Shown here: in pieces, positions 50,235-64,000 of the stretch | Numbering within the stretch: position 1 is the first letter of the stretch | Layout of the letters: the number at the start of each line of letters is the position of its first letter | Source of the DNA: Octopus vulgaris | Lineage: Eukaryota | Direction of reading: 5' to 3' | Length of the DNA stretch: 64,000 bases | NCBI GenBank assembly: GCA_951406725.2 | Contig: OX597834.1 | Location: 24,428,001 to 24,492,000 of the forward strand | Program-made: the position numbers and the translations under genes | Notes under the pieces: generated by a model | Told to the model about the DNA's origin: nothing | Databases searched by the model: none | What the model saw: only the letters and a program-made list of their open reading frames with translations

Positions 50235-50405
50235 GTGCAGGTATGGCTGTGTGGTCTAAGAAGCTCGATTTCCGACCATGTCGTTTTGGGTTCAGTCCCA
50301 TTGCGTTGTTGCACTTTGGGAAAGTGTTTCCTGATATAGCTTCGGCTCGATCAATGTTTTGTAAGTGAATTTGGTAGACGGAAACTGAGTGGAAGCCTGT
50401 CGTCT
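50235..50405 (+). mobile_element. SINE family A head, degraded
   Basis: ggtgcaggtatggctgtgtgg…gggttcagtccc…ttggtagacggaaactga. Confidence 0.7.
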
Positions 50406-50628
50406 GTCTGTATTTATTTATATATGTATATGTATGTGCATGCGTGTATGTGTATGTGTGTGTATGTATGTGTGTTTGTGTGTATGTATGTAAGTGTGTG
50501 TGTGTGTGTGTGTGTATGTGTTTGTTCTCGCCATCGCTTATTCGACTGAAATTTATAATGGTGACTCAAGGACCGAAAATTTCGTTCATGGCAATTATTA
50601 AACTGCTCTGTAATAAATTCTCGGTTCT

Positions 50629-50676
<48 letters not shown>

Positions 50677-51156
50677 TTAATGCATTCTGCTAGCAAACAG
50701 TAAAGTTGGCGTAAATATACTTAATATAGTGAGGCAATAAATTATTTAGATTAAACTAAATTATAATGAATCAATTGAAATTTCACACGCAGCCATTACA
50801 TTATGCTAATGACTATTGCCGGTTAATAAGATAAAGGCGACAACTCCGGGATTTTAATTAATTATGTAAAACTAAATGGAAATTAAAAAAGAAACAGTTT
50901 GCAATAGTCTGTTCGTTAGAAGTACAATGGCAGATAATTTAAGAGTATTTTTCCCTTATTAAAGCTCACCAGCGAGGTTTCTTCTACCCTTTGCCATCAG
51001 ATCTAAGACAACGGAGAGAGGTAGTTGACTAGATTTAACCTCAGGTCCCTCATAAAACTTTTGTTATGTTCAGAAAGTGGTGACTGAGTCTCAACAGGAA
51101 ATTCATTACAATGGTGCGTATCCAATCCATTCCTTTATTATACTCGAAGAAATTAC

Positions 51157-51417
51157 TGCGAAACCCTAAACCGTTGACAATCTTCACAGAAATGCTAATT
51201 GTGTTTGTGTACTTGTAACAGACTACGTGATAGAACAGATAGAATAAATCGTTAAGAGGACAAGAATATACTGATTGTTATGTGTTGCGAAACTCTAAAC
51301 CGTTGATAATCTTTACAGCAATACTAATTGTTTATGTACTCCTAATAGACCACATGACAGAACACGTGATAGGACATGTAGAATAAAACGCGAAGAGTAC
51401 AAGCAATATACTGACTT
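51157..51417. repeat. Two-copy diverged tandem repeat of about 125 bp
   Basis: tgcgaaac(c/t)ctaaaccgttga…aatatactga occurs twice. Confidence 0.75.
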
Positions 51418-51625
51418 TCATCTGTAATTAGCATTCATATCCACTCAAATAAAATAGACAGTAGCACTTCAACAACTATAGTCTGTCAATGAGGGCAGCA
51501 AGTGATTAGAGTTGGTAGGTTAGAGTTATCACCACACGAAATCGAGTGGAGAATCAGCAGCATCTAACTAGACTAGAATTCAATTTATCACTGAAAGCTA
51601 GATTGTGTGTAGTAAGATTCAGTCA

Positions 51626-51905
51626 GTGGAGACACATGGCCTAGTGGTTAGAGCAGCGGACTCGCGGTCGAGGGATCGCGGGTTCGAATCTCAGACCGGG
51701 CGATATGTGTATTTATGAGCGAAACACCTAAGCTCCACGCAGCTCCGGCAGAAGGTTAAGCCACAACTTTCTCTCACTCTTTCCTCCTTCATCTTGCAGC
51801 TCACCTGCGACGGACCGGCGTCCCGTCCAGGTGGGGAACCTATACGCCAAGAAACCGGGAAACCGGCCCTTATGAACCAGGCATGGCTCGAGAAGGAACA
51901 ACCAA
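51626..51905 (+). mobile_element. tRNA-derived SINE with family C head and a different 3' tail
   Basis: tggcctagtggttag A-box and ggttcgaatct B-box; flanks aagattcagtcag/aagtttcagtcag. Confidence 0.85.
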
Positions 51906-52426
51906 GTTTCAGTCAGGAAGAGGAATGACGGTAAATTGGAACAATAGACCTATTGGTCACTCGATCCACTGATAATCTGCGTCTTGTTGACGGTATCTCT
52001 CCCTTCATGCGCCACACCTGTTTTACAGCCATGGCACACCAGCAATCATGGAATTCCATGCTAAAATCTGAATATTTGTGATTTTTCTTGAGAAAGATAA
52101 GGTGCGGTTTCCCATTGCCTTCTGCCAGCCTGTTTATAATTTACTCCGTTAGTCTTATGCTCTTCTGAGCTCACCCTTGAGGCAGAGGGCATCTTTAACC
52201 CTTAAGTATGTGGATTGGTTGTTCACTTGACATCAGGGAATATTTCACACAAGGTGGTCATGTATGACGCTTGTCTAGAGGCCAGCCCTTTTTCAATTCC
52301 ATATGCATTTGACTGGAGCAGTGATGACTAAGGTGGCGGGTAGCACCATACTTCTTTTCCCCCAACTCCTGAGTATTGAGTCTCACAACTGAATGCAGGA
52401 CGATCACTACATCAAAAACAACAACA

Positions 52427-52466
<40 letters not shown>

Positions 52467-52519
52467 ATACTAATACTACTACTACTACAACTACCACCAC
52501 CACTGCCTCCATTACAACC

Positions 52520-52578
<59 letters not shown>

Positions 52579-53388
52579 AAGGAAGAGAAATAGAGGCGAG
52601 AGTGAAAGAAAGAAAATACAATTACAATTGGACACAACTGACATAAACACTTTCCCTCTTGACATACACTTAACGAGAGAAAGAGAGAGTATGTATGTAT
52701 GTGAAGGAAGGAGGGAGGGGAAAAGAAAGAAACGTCCGATGTCAAATAAGCCAGCGTCGATTCAACGAAGCCAAATAGGCGACGATGAAACAGCTGTGCT
52801 AAAACGTCTCATATCCTTTTCAGGTGATGTATCTCCTTAGCTGAACTTGGTCTAGCTTAGATTTATCACTTCAAGAGACCTGAACAGAATAACGATACAA
52901 ATGTGTTGAAACACATCTTAGATGAGAGAACAACCCCGATTATGACTAAACACAGCTGCTTATAATAAACGTAAAAAGTGAAGTAATATGGATTTGAGAG
53001 AATTTAATCAAAAGGTTTAATCATTTCGTTGCTATAGTTAGTAACTATTTTGTGTCGATGTTTACGTATTTGTATCCTAAATATGTGTGTTTAGAGAAGT
53101 GATAAGAACTGCTTGATTACGTGAAGGATTTTTAGAAATTTTATACTATATACTGTATATATATCGCCTCATCATATCGACTACACACACACAACAGACG
53201 CGCACACACAACACACTCATACACACATACATACAACACATAAAACACCCATGTGCACGCGCACATGCAACACAAATAAAGCACACGCACACACATACAT
53301 ACACATACATTCAGCATGTACAACATATACAACACACGTGCACACACATACACTCACTCACTCACTCACTCACTCACTCACTCACTCA

Positions 53389-53424
<36 letters not shown>

Positions 53425-53534
53425 AACAAACAAACACACACACACATACACACACGCACACAGTGAGAATAACTTCACCTGGAAATTGCTGGCCTGTGCC
53501 AAAATTTGAAACGAATACTTTTAGTGATGCCATA

Positions 53535-53750
53535 GCGGCGAGCTAGTAGAATGGTTAGCGCGCCGGGCAGAGTGCTTTTCGCCATTTCGTCCGCCTTTCC
53601 GTTTTGAGTTCAAATACTGCCGAGGTCGACTTTTCTTTCCTTCCTTTCAGGGTCGATAAAATAACAACCAGCTAAGCACTAGGGTCGGTGTAATCGACTT
53701 ATCCTTCCTCCGAAATTGCTGGATTGGCACTAAAATTTGAAACCAATATT
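53535..53750 (+). mobile_element. SINE family B-related, older
   Basis: gcggcgagctagtagaatggttagcgcgccgggc…gagttcaaat…gggtcgataaa. Confidence 0.7.
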
Positions 53751-54429
53751 TTTGGTAGTACAAACGTTCGAAATCACGTGATCTGCTGGTCTCAGTGCTG
53801 GAGTTGGTGGGGATTTCACTCCCCACTAGCGATATAAGCAAGCGTAGATTTTGCACCAAAAGCCTGTATGAGAGTGTCTCTCATGGTATCTACTGCAGTA
53901 TAGTTTGTTCTAACAGAACATCCTTGTTTAAGTGGGGATAAATATTACTTTTCAGTATTGATGTTATTTCTGTCGCTAATATATACAACCTCAGCTGGTA
54001 AACACATATACTAAATGTTTCTCTTTTGCTTGGGGATGGGCCAAAATGAAAACAAAAGGTATAGGGGGTGGGGTTGTTCATTACGACGACCTCTGCACAA
54101 GTATTCACCCTTGAAATTTTAAGAATGTCTTGCAGATATTTATATGTCGCAGATGAATATCGTCCTGGTGATGTGGTGTGATTGAATTATGGAACCACGT
54201 TTTTTCTCCAAGACACCATATTCAGGTTTAGTTTTAACCAGCCAATATCATATGTTGTCTGTGTATATGTGTTGTATATGTGTGTGTATGTGTATGAATG
54301 TATGAATGCATGTGTGTAAGTACGTGTTTATATCTGTATACATGTGGGTATGTATGCGTAAATATATGTTTACACACTAACACACACACAACACATACGC
54401 AACATATACTCACATATATAGATAATTAT

Positions 54430-54466
<37 letters not shown>

Positions 54467-54525
54467 CATATATAAATGCATATACAGATATAAATATTTT
54501 TGCATGTGTATGTGCGTGTGTGTGA

Positions 54526-54581
<56 letters not shown>

Positions 54582-54614
54582 GTCTTCCTTTCTCTGGATC
54601 TTTCCTTCTCCTAT

Positions 54615-54649
54615 GTTTCCGACGAAGAACTCCGCTCGAAACGTTAAAC
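54615..54649 (+). ncRNA. Minimal hammerhead-like motif
   Basis: GTTT-CCGACGA-a-GAAC-tcc-GCTC-GAAA-CG-TT-AAAC; one helix II mismatch; sits in a fragment between microsatellites (about 54580-54750). Confidence 0.55.
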
Positions 54650-54761
54650 CCTCCTTCTTTCCTTCTTTCCTGAGCGTCCAATAATACTATATTTGTTCCA
54701 CGTCATCGCGTTGTTGTGTTTTTTTGTGCTTTCATGTTTGGATTAACTTTATATATATGTA

Positions 54762-54852
<91 letters not shown>

Positions 54853-55090
54853 ATATGGCAAATGAAGATGGAAGATGGAATATACGAGGTTTTATTATTA
54901 ATCACGACAATTATATATATATATATATATACATACACAACAATAACAAACATACATACACTGATGCACACACACATACATAACAACACATACACACATA
55001 AACACTGTGTGTGTCTATATTCATATATTGTTGAAAAAGTCTGATATTATATCCTGCACCTGTTATACGATGTATTTGGGTTAGCTATTG

Positions 55091-55125
<35 letters not shown>

Positions 55126-55440
55126 CATGCAGGGCGGTTAGTGTAGATCTCCACCCATCCATCTGCTCTTCTACCCATCCCGACATTATTCAATGTTATG
55201 AAACGGCGCCAAGAAACTTCTATAAAGATAATAGAATCACTATTAATTTCAGTTTATTACAACTAGTCTTCAAAATTACATTTAAACGAAGCTAAATATT
55301 GGCGTTATATTTCTTTGAACGAATTGTATAAAAGAACGTTGAAGGCGTCGCTCATAGCCGTCTGAGATAGAACATTCAAGGTAGAACGATGTGTATGCGT
55401 TGTATACATATTACATACAGTGTAAAATGCTTTCTGGAAA

Positions 55441-55837
55441 TCTTTATATATAAAAGTCAAGTTGTGTGTCTGTCTCCTACGATTTAGATTCCTAACTACT
55501 CCCACATTTTGCGGTGCAGTGTAACCAAAAGCGGGTGTCTTATAGTCGTGATTCATATCGAGCCCTTCTGGGTATTAGCGCGCGTCTACGATGAGTCTAC
55601 GATTTAAAAAATAATTTACCATAATTTTTTTTCCATTTTAATGCATTTTTTCACTATTATATAAGGGAAGTAACTCTCTAAAAATGTCTACGATGAGTCA
55701 ACGATTTAAAAAAAATTTACCATAATTTTTTTCCATTTTTAATGCTTTTTTTTGCTATTTTTTGGCTATAACTCTCTAAAAATGCTTATATAGTTATTTC
55801 CCTTACAAACCCGAGCAACGCCGGGCGATACTGCTAG
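55441..55837 (+). mobile_element. Non-autonomous Helitron (397 bp)
   Basis: A|TCTTTATATATAAAAG start, hairpin cccgagcaacgccggg, CTAG|T end; internal tandem duplication of about 100 bp. Confidence 0.9.
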
Positions 55838-56339
55838 TAAATAATAAATAAACTTAGTGAATAAATTGACAATGAATGGAACGATATAATGCAAAAATCT
55901 GTTTATTATTAATGATACGTAATTAAAGCAAAATTACTGTATTTTTAATTCTCGTTTTTAATATTCTCATTGTGAATGGAATTATTCTCGTATTGAATGA
56001 ACGTGAAATAGTATAGACTATTTAAGACCAGGCTTGTTTAGCTTGTAGCTTTATGGAAATGAGTTGAATCTGATAAGTATTCCGCCACTAATCTTTGGCC
56101 GCTTGGATATAAGAAGTGAGCATAACTTGATAAACCCTAACGAGGGCAAAGCCAACTGCCACGATACGCAATGCCAAGATACATGAAAATAAAAACTAAT
56201 CTGGGACCTTAATTTCACGGAGTGACTAAATACATACGTAAGGCTACGCTTCTATATAAAATGTACGAAACTCTCAGACGTTAAGTAGATTTACTTAACA
56301 TCCCAAAGAGATACACAAGCAAATGGTATGATTACAACC

Positions 56340-56573
56340 TATTTCTTTATTACCCACAAGGGGCTAAATATAAAGGGGACAAACATGGACAGACATAGGT
56401 ATTAAGTCGATTATATCGACCCCAGTGCTTAACTGGTACTTAATTTATCGACCCCGAAAGGATGAAAGGCAAAGTCGACCTCGGCAGAATTTGAACTCAC
56501 AACGTAACGGCAGCCGAAATACCGCTAAGCATTTCGCCCGACGTGCTAACGATCCCGCTAGCTCGCCGCCTTT
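56340..56573 (-). mobile_element. SINE family B, full length
   Basis: Perfect 17-bp TSD atggtatgattacaacc at 56323-56339 and 56574-56590. Confidence 0.93.
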
Positions 56574-56617
56574 ATGGTATGATTACAACCGTATTCAGCT
56601 TTTCTTTATTTATTCTT

Positions 56618-56731
56618 CACTCTGATGATGCTCCATGTTTCAGATCGATTTTATTACCAAATATGATAAATACTTTTATCATATCAGTGACAATACCATA
56701 CAACATTGGAAGCAGAAACAGCTGTTAGATG
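56618..56731 (+). ncRNA. Hammerhead with canonical core and long helix II
   Basis: cact-CTGATGA-TGCTCCATGTT…AACATTGGAAGCA-GAAA-CAGCTG-TT-agatg; stem I is weak. Confidence 0.6.
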
Positions 56732-57136
56732 GGATGCAGTCTATTTGTATTGAATTAATCAATAATAATTGATGTAAGTCAATTGTTGTTCATCAATATT
56801 TCTCCATTTTTTGTTTTCTTTAAATTTTGATTCTTGATAAACTCATGTTTATCCTTGTCTTTACCTTTAATTTATGAGCATAATATGCTTGCATATGGAT
56901 GCCCATGGTTAAACCCAGGTAGTATATCGGTAGTGTAATGGTTATTTATATCCTTTAGACGTTATTTTAACCTCTAAGTCAGCTAACCTTATACATACAG
57001 ACATACATACATACATACATACATACATACATACATGCATACATATATAGATATATACATATATATATATACATATATATACATATAGGGGTTGGACAAA
57101 ATAATGTATGTGTATATATATATGCATATACACACA

Positions 57137-57171
<35 letters not shown>

Positions 57172-57172
57172 G

Positions 57173-57379
<207 letters not shown>

Positions 57380-57455
57380 TTGAAATTTTTACTATATATA
57401 TATTACTGTATATCTCATTTCATTTTATATATATATATGTATATATATGGATTGA

Positions 57456-57519
<64 letters not shown>

Positions 57520-57520
<1 letters not shown>

Positions 57521-57679
57521 ACAGGCTTCTTTCAGTTACCGTCTACCAAATCCATTCACAAGGCTTTAATCGGTCCGAAGCTTTAGTAGAAGACACTTGC
57601 CGAAGATGCCATACAGTGGGACTGAATCCGGAACCATGTGGTTGGTAAGCAAGCTTCTTACTACACAGCCACTCCTGCA

Positions 57680-57683
<4 letters not shown>
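57520..57683 (-). mobile_element. SINE family A head
   Basis: …gtaagcaagcttcttactacacagccactcctgcacct; an uninterrupted counterpart of 10880-10917. Confidence 0.82.
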
Positions 57684-57762
<79 letters not shown>

Positions 57763-58219
57763 GTATGTGTCTGTGCCTGTGTGTGCGCGTGAGTGTGTGT
57801 GTATGTATGCATTTATGTATGTATATATGTATTTATGTATATACATACAAACATACATACACGCGCTCGCGCACACATCTTTTACACGTGAAGGAATGAC
57901 TGCAATGTATACAGTGTTATCGTCATTCCAATCGCTACCAATACATAAACACATATGCAAAAGACACCCCCAGCCGTCCCGCGATTTGAATCCTTATCAT
58001 TATTATTCATCTGCTACTTAACATGAAACTGTAGAGATGGAAGTAAATATTTGAACAATGTAACTTGATACTTCATCACTACTTAACACTCAACTTGTCA
58101 CTCAAATTCCATTTTCGAGTTACACTCAACAGTAATGAGTGATGTCATGTTTATTGATAACTCACGCTGTGTCGGTACTATGGTAATGCAAAACAAATTG
58201 AAGTTAAATTAACGTTAAC

Positions 58220-58620
58220 AGGGTGGTTGTGTAGCAAGAAGCTTGCTTCCCAACCACGTGGATCCGGGTTCAGCTCCGCTGTACGGCACCTTGGGCAAGT
58301 GTCTTCTATAAACTTAGGTTGATCGAAGCCTTGTGTGTGAATTTGGTAAACAGAAACTGAAAGAAGCCCGTCGCATACATGTGTATGTGTAGGTGGGTGT
58401 GTGGTTGTCGTCTCTCTTGTCCTACCAACACCGCTTGACAACCGGTGTTGGTATTTTCACGTCCCCATAATCCAGTTGTTCAGCTAAAGAGACAGATAAA
58501 ATAAGCACTAGACTTACAATAAAAATAGGAAGAGGTGTCGATTCATTCGACTACAAATTCTTAAAAGCGTTGCCCCAGCATGACCGTAGTCTAATGACTG
58601 AAACAAGTAAAAGATAAAAG
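58220..58620 (+). mobile_element. SINE family A, near full length (empty target site at 58236-58250)
   Basis: Head containing aagaagcttgcttcc, central GT-rich stretch, tail gactgaaacaagtaaaagataaaag. Confidence 0.85.
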
Positions 58621-59612
58621 AAGCTGGCTGAAAATATTTACGAGCCGAAGAAACCAGAATATTAGTCAACGCGTTGATAGTGAAGTATAGTGGTCAGAGC
58701 TGTGGTGGCTGTGTGGTAAGTAGCTTGCTTCCCGACAACACCGTCTCGGTTTCAGTGTCATTGTGTGACACCTTTGGAAAGTGTCACCTGCTATAGCTCA
58801 AGACCGACCAAAGCCGTGTGAGTTGATGTGATTGATGGAAACTGATGTAGCAAACATATTCATTCGTTACTCCCTCCATATATGTATAATCGCTGTCATA
58901 TCATGATATATTTAGCATCAACCCTACCCAAAAGATCGTTTCTGATCGAGGAAACCTATGATCACAGGCGCTCCAACCAATGAACTATTCTTTCTTTTTT
59001 TTTTATACCATTTGTCGATCGACCTACAGTATTCGGCATGTTCCTCATTTCTATCTCACAGGTCAATCGGGCTTTATGTTTAGGGACAATTAGCTGCTAT
59101 TTTTAATGGGTCAAGCGTCCATATACAAGCTTATACATTGATAAAGTTTATGATCATATTGTTCTTGTTATAGTTGTTTAGCACCTCTAGTAAACCCTGA
59201 TTAAACATACCTATGGGCATATGCATTCCAGCCAAGACAAAACCAATATGTTTTCTTAGCCAAAACGTATCTCGGACTACATTCTCCAGTTTATCTTTCG
59301 TTTTTCGTTTTTCGTTTTTCTAAAACACTAGTTAAAGTCACTGACAGACATCCCAACGGATGTAGGGTCCTTTAGCTCTGTGGCGGTTATCCAAGAGAAG
59401 GTAACTCCATACAACTCCTACATCTTGACAATTACTGCACCGGACCAGTACAAGTTTGATGGACAAGTGTGAGACTGACTCTGCGTAAACCATGTCCCCT
59501 ATAAGGATAAACTCTCAACTGTTTTGTAAAGTAATTTATGAAACTTTTTAAGAAAAGAAGCTACGAAAAACTGCAGCGGGGCGGGAGCCCTAAGATAAAT
59601 ATGTACGGTTAA

Positions 59613-59830
59613 CCCTTTATCATTTAAAGTAGCCATATCTGCCCCAAATATTCTACCTGTTTTATGTTCAAACGGGCCAGATCTGGCCTCCCGGATCTAC
59701 CCTTCTTACAAAGTCACTCTAAAGATATGCAATCACATCATCAAAGTCTCAAAGCTATGAGATAATACATGATTAAATCAAAACAATGTGAATAAATAAG
59801 TATTACATTTGATTGAATAATGCAAAAGGT
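59613..59830. mobile_element. piggyBac-like MITE
   Basis: TTAA|ccctttatcattt…aatgcaaaaggt|TTAA. Confidence 0.55.
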
Positions 59831-60471
59831 TTAAACTTGACCACTATTTGGCATCCCCATGACAGTTCTATGGATGTTGCAAACGTTTTGATTTGTCTTT
59901 CTTTCGGGGCGAATCCATGTGTGGGGAGGTGGTAAGTTAACCTGGGACTAGGCATTTGCTGCTTGAAACAACCCTGGGACAGCAGAGGTAGTGACCAACG
60001 ACGTATAAGACTAACCAAGATGTGACGGAGGGGAAGTGGCTGATATTTCTAGCGAGAACGAGGAACCACAAAACAGGTTCTGTCAATCGTTGACCGGCTC
60101 TTCCATAGTATTTCCACATCACCATTCTATAGGTTCCCATCACTCCGACCCACCTCTACAATCGCTACATAACTACTAAAATACTAAAACAGATAACACA
60201 CTGTTAAAGATAGTTAATAAATCAACAGCTACTCGTTAACACTCACCTCATAATAACTGCCTTCTCCTGTCCTCTTTTTCCTCTCCCTCCATCTCCTCCA
60301 CCCTTCTCCTCCGCTTCCCTCCGACTCCGCCTCCTTCTGCCATCCCATTCATTCTCTCACCCACGACACTTCGTACCGGGTTTTTGTAAACTATACTGAA
60401 TGAACCATTGATAAATATTGCGTATATATTTGGAGCGATGTGCGTGTGCTTGTATCTATTTGTATGTTTGT

Positions 60472-60517
<46 letters not shown>

Positions 60518-60611
60518 GCGTGTGTGTGTGTGTGTGAGTGTGTGAGTGTGTGTGGGTGTGTATGTGTGTGTATGTTTGTATGAAAGTGTGTGGATAAATT
60601 TACATACACAT

Positions 60612-60666
<55 letters not shown>

Positions 60667-60823
60667 AATTGAGATAGGGATTGTAAATGCAACCATCCAT
60701 GGGATAACATATATCCAATATACTGCTAGTGAAGTACCCAACAAAGTTAATACATAAATGTTAAGGATTGCGATGCAATCAATTCATTTACTGTATTATA
60801 TGGGCAAAGTTAAAATGATCTAC

Positions 60824-60867
<44 letters not shown>

Positions 60868-60974
60868 CGGGAAGCTTTATGCAAATAGACAAAAGACGAA
60901 GGCAGGTTTACGGAAATAAACAATATATATATATATTATATTTATATGTATATATGTATGAGCTTATATATTCT

Positions 60975-61180
60975 CTTATACTTTTACTTGTTTCAGTCAT
61001 TTGACTGCGGCCATGCTGGAGCACCGCCTTTAATCGAACAAATCAACCCCAGGACTTATTCTTTGTAAGCCTAGTACTTATTCTATTAGTTCTTTTGCCG
61101 AACCGCTAGGTTAAAGGGGACGTAAAAAACACACCAACATCAGTTGTCAAGCGACGGTGGGGGACAAACACAGGCACACA
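60975..61180 (-). mobile_element. SINE family A, 3' part
   Basis: Close match to 213-365. Confidence 0.82.
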
Positions 61181-61193
61181 AATACATATGCAT

Positions 61194-61234
<41 letters not shown>

Positions 61235-61427
61235 CACACACGCACACACATACTAGACACACGTATATGAACATTTATACATTTATATACACACAGATAT
61301 GTGATGCACTTATATATATATACACACTTACACACATATGTACAAAGATGCATATATATATATATGTGTGTGTGTGTGTGTATATGTATATATAAACATA
61401 TATATATTTATATATATGTATATATAT

Positions 61428-61469
<42 letters not shown>

Positions 61470-61871
61470 GCAAACGCATATTTATATCCCATTCTTTATT
61501 GATGTATATTCATGCCCTGTCAAGTTTTCTTTCAACATCTATTTAGATAAATGGGAGTATATAAGAATGTTTAGACTGTCTATGTGCTATCTATATTTTA
61601 TCATATCATATATAGCACACACATACAATATATATATATATGCATGCGTATATATGAATATATTATAGTAACATATTGTATGTATAATCGTACTCTCAGA
61701 CACAAATTTATGTGCATACCCATACATAACATACATACATATATACATACATACATACATACATACATACATGTTTGTGTGTACTGTATACATACATATA
61801 TATATGTATGTTTGGTGTGTGTCTGTATACGTATATATACATATGCGTGTGTGTGTATATATAAATATATA

Positions 61872-61910
<39 letters not shown>

Positions 61911-62377
61911 ATATATATATACATATATATGTATATATGAGTGCATGTTAGTGTGAAGTCTCGTAACGTTATGTCTAAAGGTTGCATTCATGATCACAAG
62001 ATAGTGGTTTCAATTTCCGGACCGGCTTTGGTTTGTGTTCTTGAGGAAAAAGTTTCCTTTCCACGTTACTCCAGTAACGGAGCGGAGATTTCGTCCTGTC
62101 TACCTGCCTAGGCAGCAGTTTTGTATCTTTTGAAAGCAAAAAGAATACGAATTTCTCTAAGGTGAAACAAACCAATAGAATAAGAACTAGGCTTAAGAAA
62201 AAAAAAAAAAAAAAACAAAAGCACCGGGGTTGATAAGATTCGTATAAAAATTCTGTGAGGCGGTGCTGCAGCATGGCCAAGGTCTAATGAATGAAAGAAG
62301 TGAAAGATAAGAAAAATTCCATGAATATTCATAACTATATTGTAAATGATAGATCGAATGTAAGCTGTACGCACACA

Positions 62378-62409
<32 letters not shown>

Positions 62410-62777
62410 ATACACACACACACATATACATATGTACGTGTATGTATCTGCATATATATGTTTGTGTGAGTGTATGTGTGTGTGTGTGTGTATACACGAT
62501 CAGACAGTCTATACATACAACGCTATTTAGCGAGTGAAGATCAAAGCAGACCAGTTCTAGAAACGAGAGAATAGAAGACCGGATTACTCCATCACTGCCA
62601 CCACCATCTCTCTTGACTGGGGAACACACACGTTGTTATGAAATGCAATGTCAAAGGGTGTGGACTCAATTCAGATGCGTTAACTGTGCCCTATATAATA
62701 TACAGACATTATACGTAAATATGTATAATGTGAGTGTGTGTGTGTGTGTGTATTTTGTATATATGTATGCATACATG

Positions 62778-62831
<54 letters not shown>

Positions 62832-62911
62832 CATACATACAAACATATACGTGTATGTATATGTATATGTACACATACATAAATACATGCACATATATAT
62901 ATATAATTTTG

Positions 62912-62943
<32 letters not shown>

Positions 62944-63021
62944 CATACATACAAACATATACGTGTATGTATATGTATATGTACACATACATAAATACAT
63001 GCACATATATATATATAATTT

Positions 63022-63063
<42 letters not shown>

Positions 63064-63094
63064 TATATATATGTACCTATATATATACATATAC

Positions 63095-63130
<36 letters not shown>

Positions 63131-63164
63131 ACAAACATATATATATACATATATATATCTATAC

Positions 63165-63221
<57 letters not shown>

Positions 63222-63698
63222 TATGTGTGTGTCTGTATGTGTGTCTGTGTGTATGTGTGTGTGTGTGTGTGGATATATTTATACATATGTATATGTATAT
63301 GGAAGACGCAGAAAGAGGACAGTGTTGTATAAAATTCCTTATCGTCTTTAACTGGAGTTCCATTCTTCCAGTCTTTAGAAGCTCCGTCAAAATACGCCAC
63401 TGTTGCGTTGATTTAATGTGACTTCTGTGGTCTTTCATAAACAGTCTCTACAATGCATACCATACGTGAGAGAGAGAGAGAGAGAGGGGGAGAGAAGGAG
63501 AGGTAGAGAGAGTGTGTGTTCGTGTATAAATGTATGTGTGTATGTTTACGTATGAGTGTGTATACGTGTGTATATAGACTGTCAGCAGTACACTCGAGAA
63601 AGAGATAGGCAGATATAGATTAATTGATGGGGAGATAACTAGCATGATGGATGGTTCAGTTTGTCTCTTCCTCCCCACGCCTCTCTCTCTATATAGAA

Positions 63699-63787
<89 letters not shown>

Positions 63788-63841
63788 TTCATATATACCT
63801 ACCTACTGATAGATACACGTATTTACACATATATTACATTC

Positions 63842-63882
<41 letters not shown>

Positions 63883-64000
63883 CATGTACATACATATGTA
63901 AATTTATATATGCATATATATTTATACATATGTATATATACACATAAACCTTTATATATGTATATATGCATATGTATTTATATATATATATATATATATA

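Noticed and set aside
51632-51705. tRNA-like sequence (also 4190-4260 and 25020-25091)
   Set aside because: No proper acceptor stem, and it runs into a repeated body and tail, so it is a SINE head and not a tRNA gene.
52376-52840. 154-aa ORF with poly-Thr and (ER)n
   Set aside because: Encoded by (ACT)n and (GA)n microsatellites.

Overview
AT-rich eukaryotic DNA, almost certainly from a cephalopod (Octopus-type), judged from the dense (TA)n/(TACA)n/(CA)n microsatellites and several tRNA-derived SINE families. Most ORFs in the supplied track are microsatellite artefacts. The credible host genes are a cluster of single-coding-exon, Ser/Thr-rich membrane-anchored proteins: 21893-22540; its 5'-damaged paralog at 15802-16440; and 30316-31002/33847-34533, which is probably one gene duplicated by the assembly around a 100-N gap. 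Main discovery: ORF1-only (zinc-knuckle, no RT; 'half-L1'-like) retroelements. Three diverged copies sit head-to-tail, separated by the same 15-bp duplicated site inside the tRNA head of one SINE, and a fourth solo copy has a 17-bp TSD. They share a 3' tail with a second SINE family and, more loosely, with an L1/Tx1 ORF2 remnant in the same window. A second theme is a set of Penelope-type minimal hammerhead ribozymes with variant cores and long helix II inserts, one of them at the edge of a 192-bp inverted repeat. Also present are Tc1/mariner (including DD41D), Helitron, R4/Dong, RTE, Merlin-like, hAT-like and piggyBac-like relics. All calls were made by eye; no database searches were run, and SINE family labels A-D are my own.
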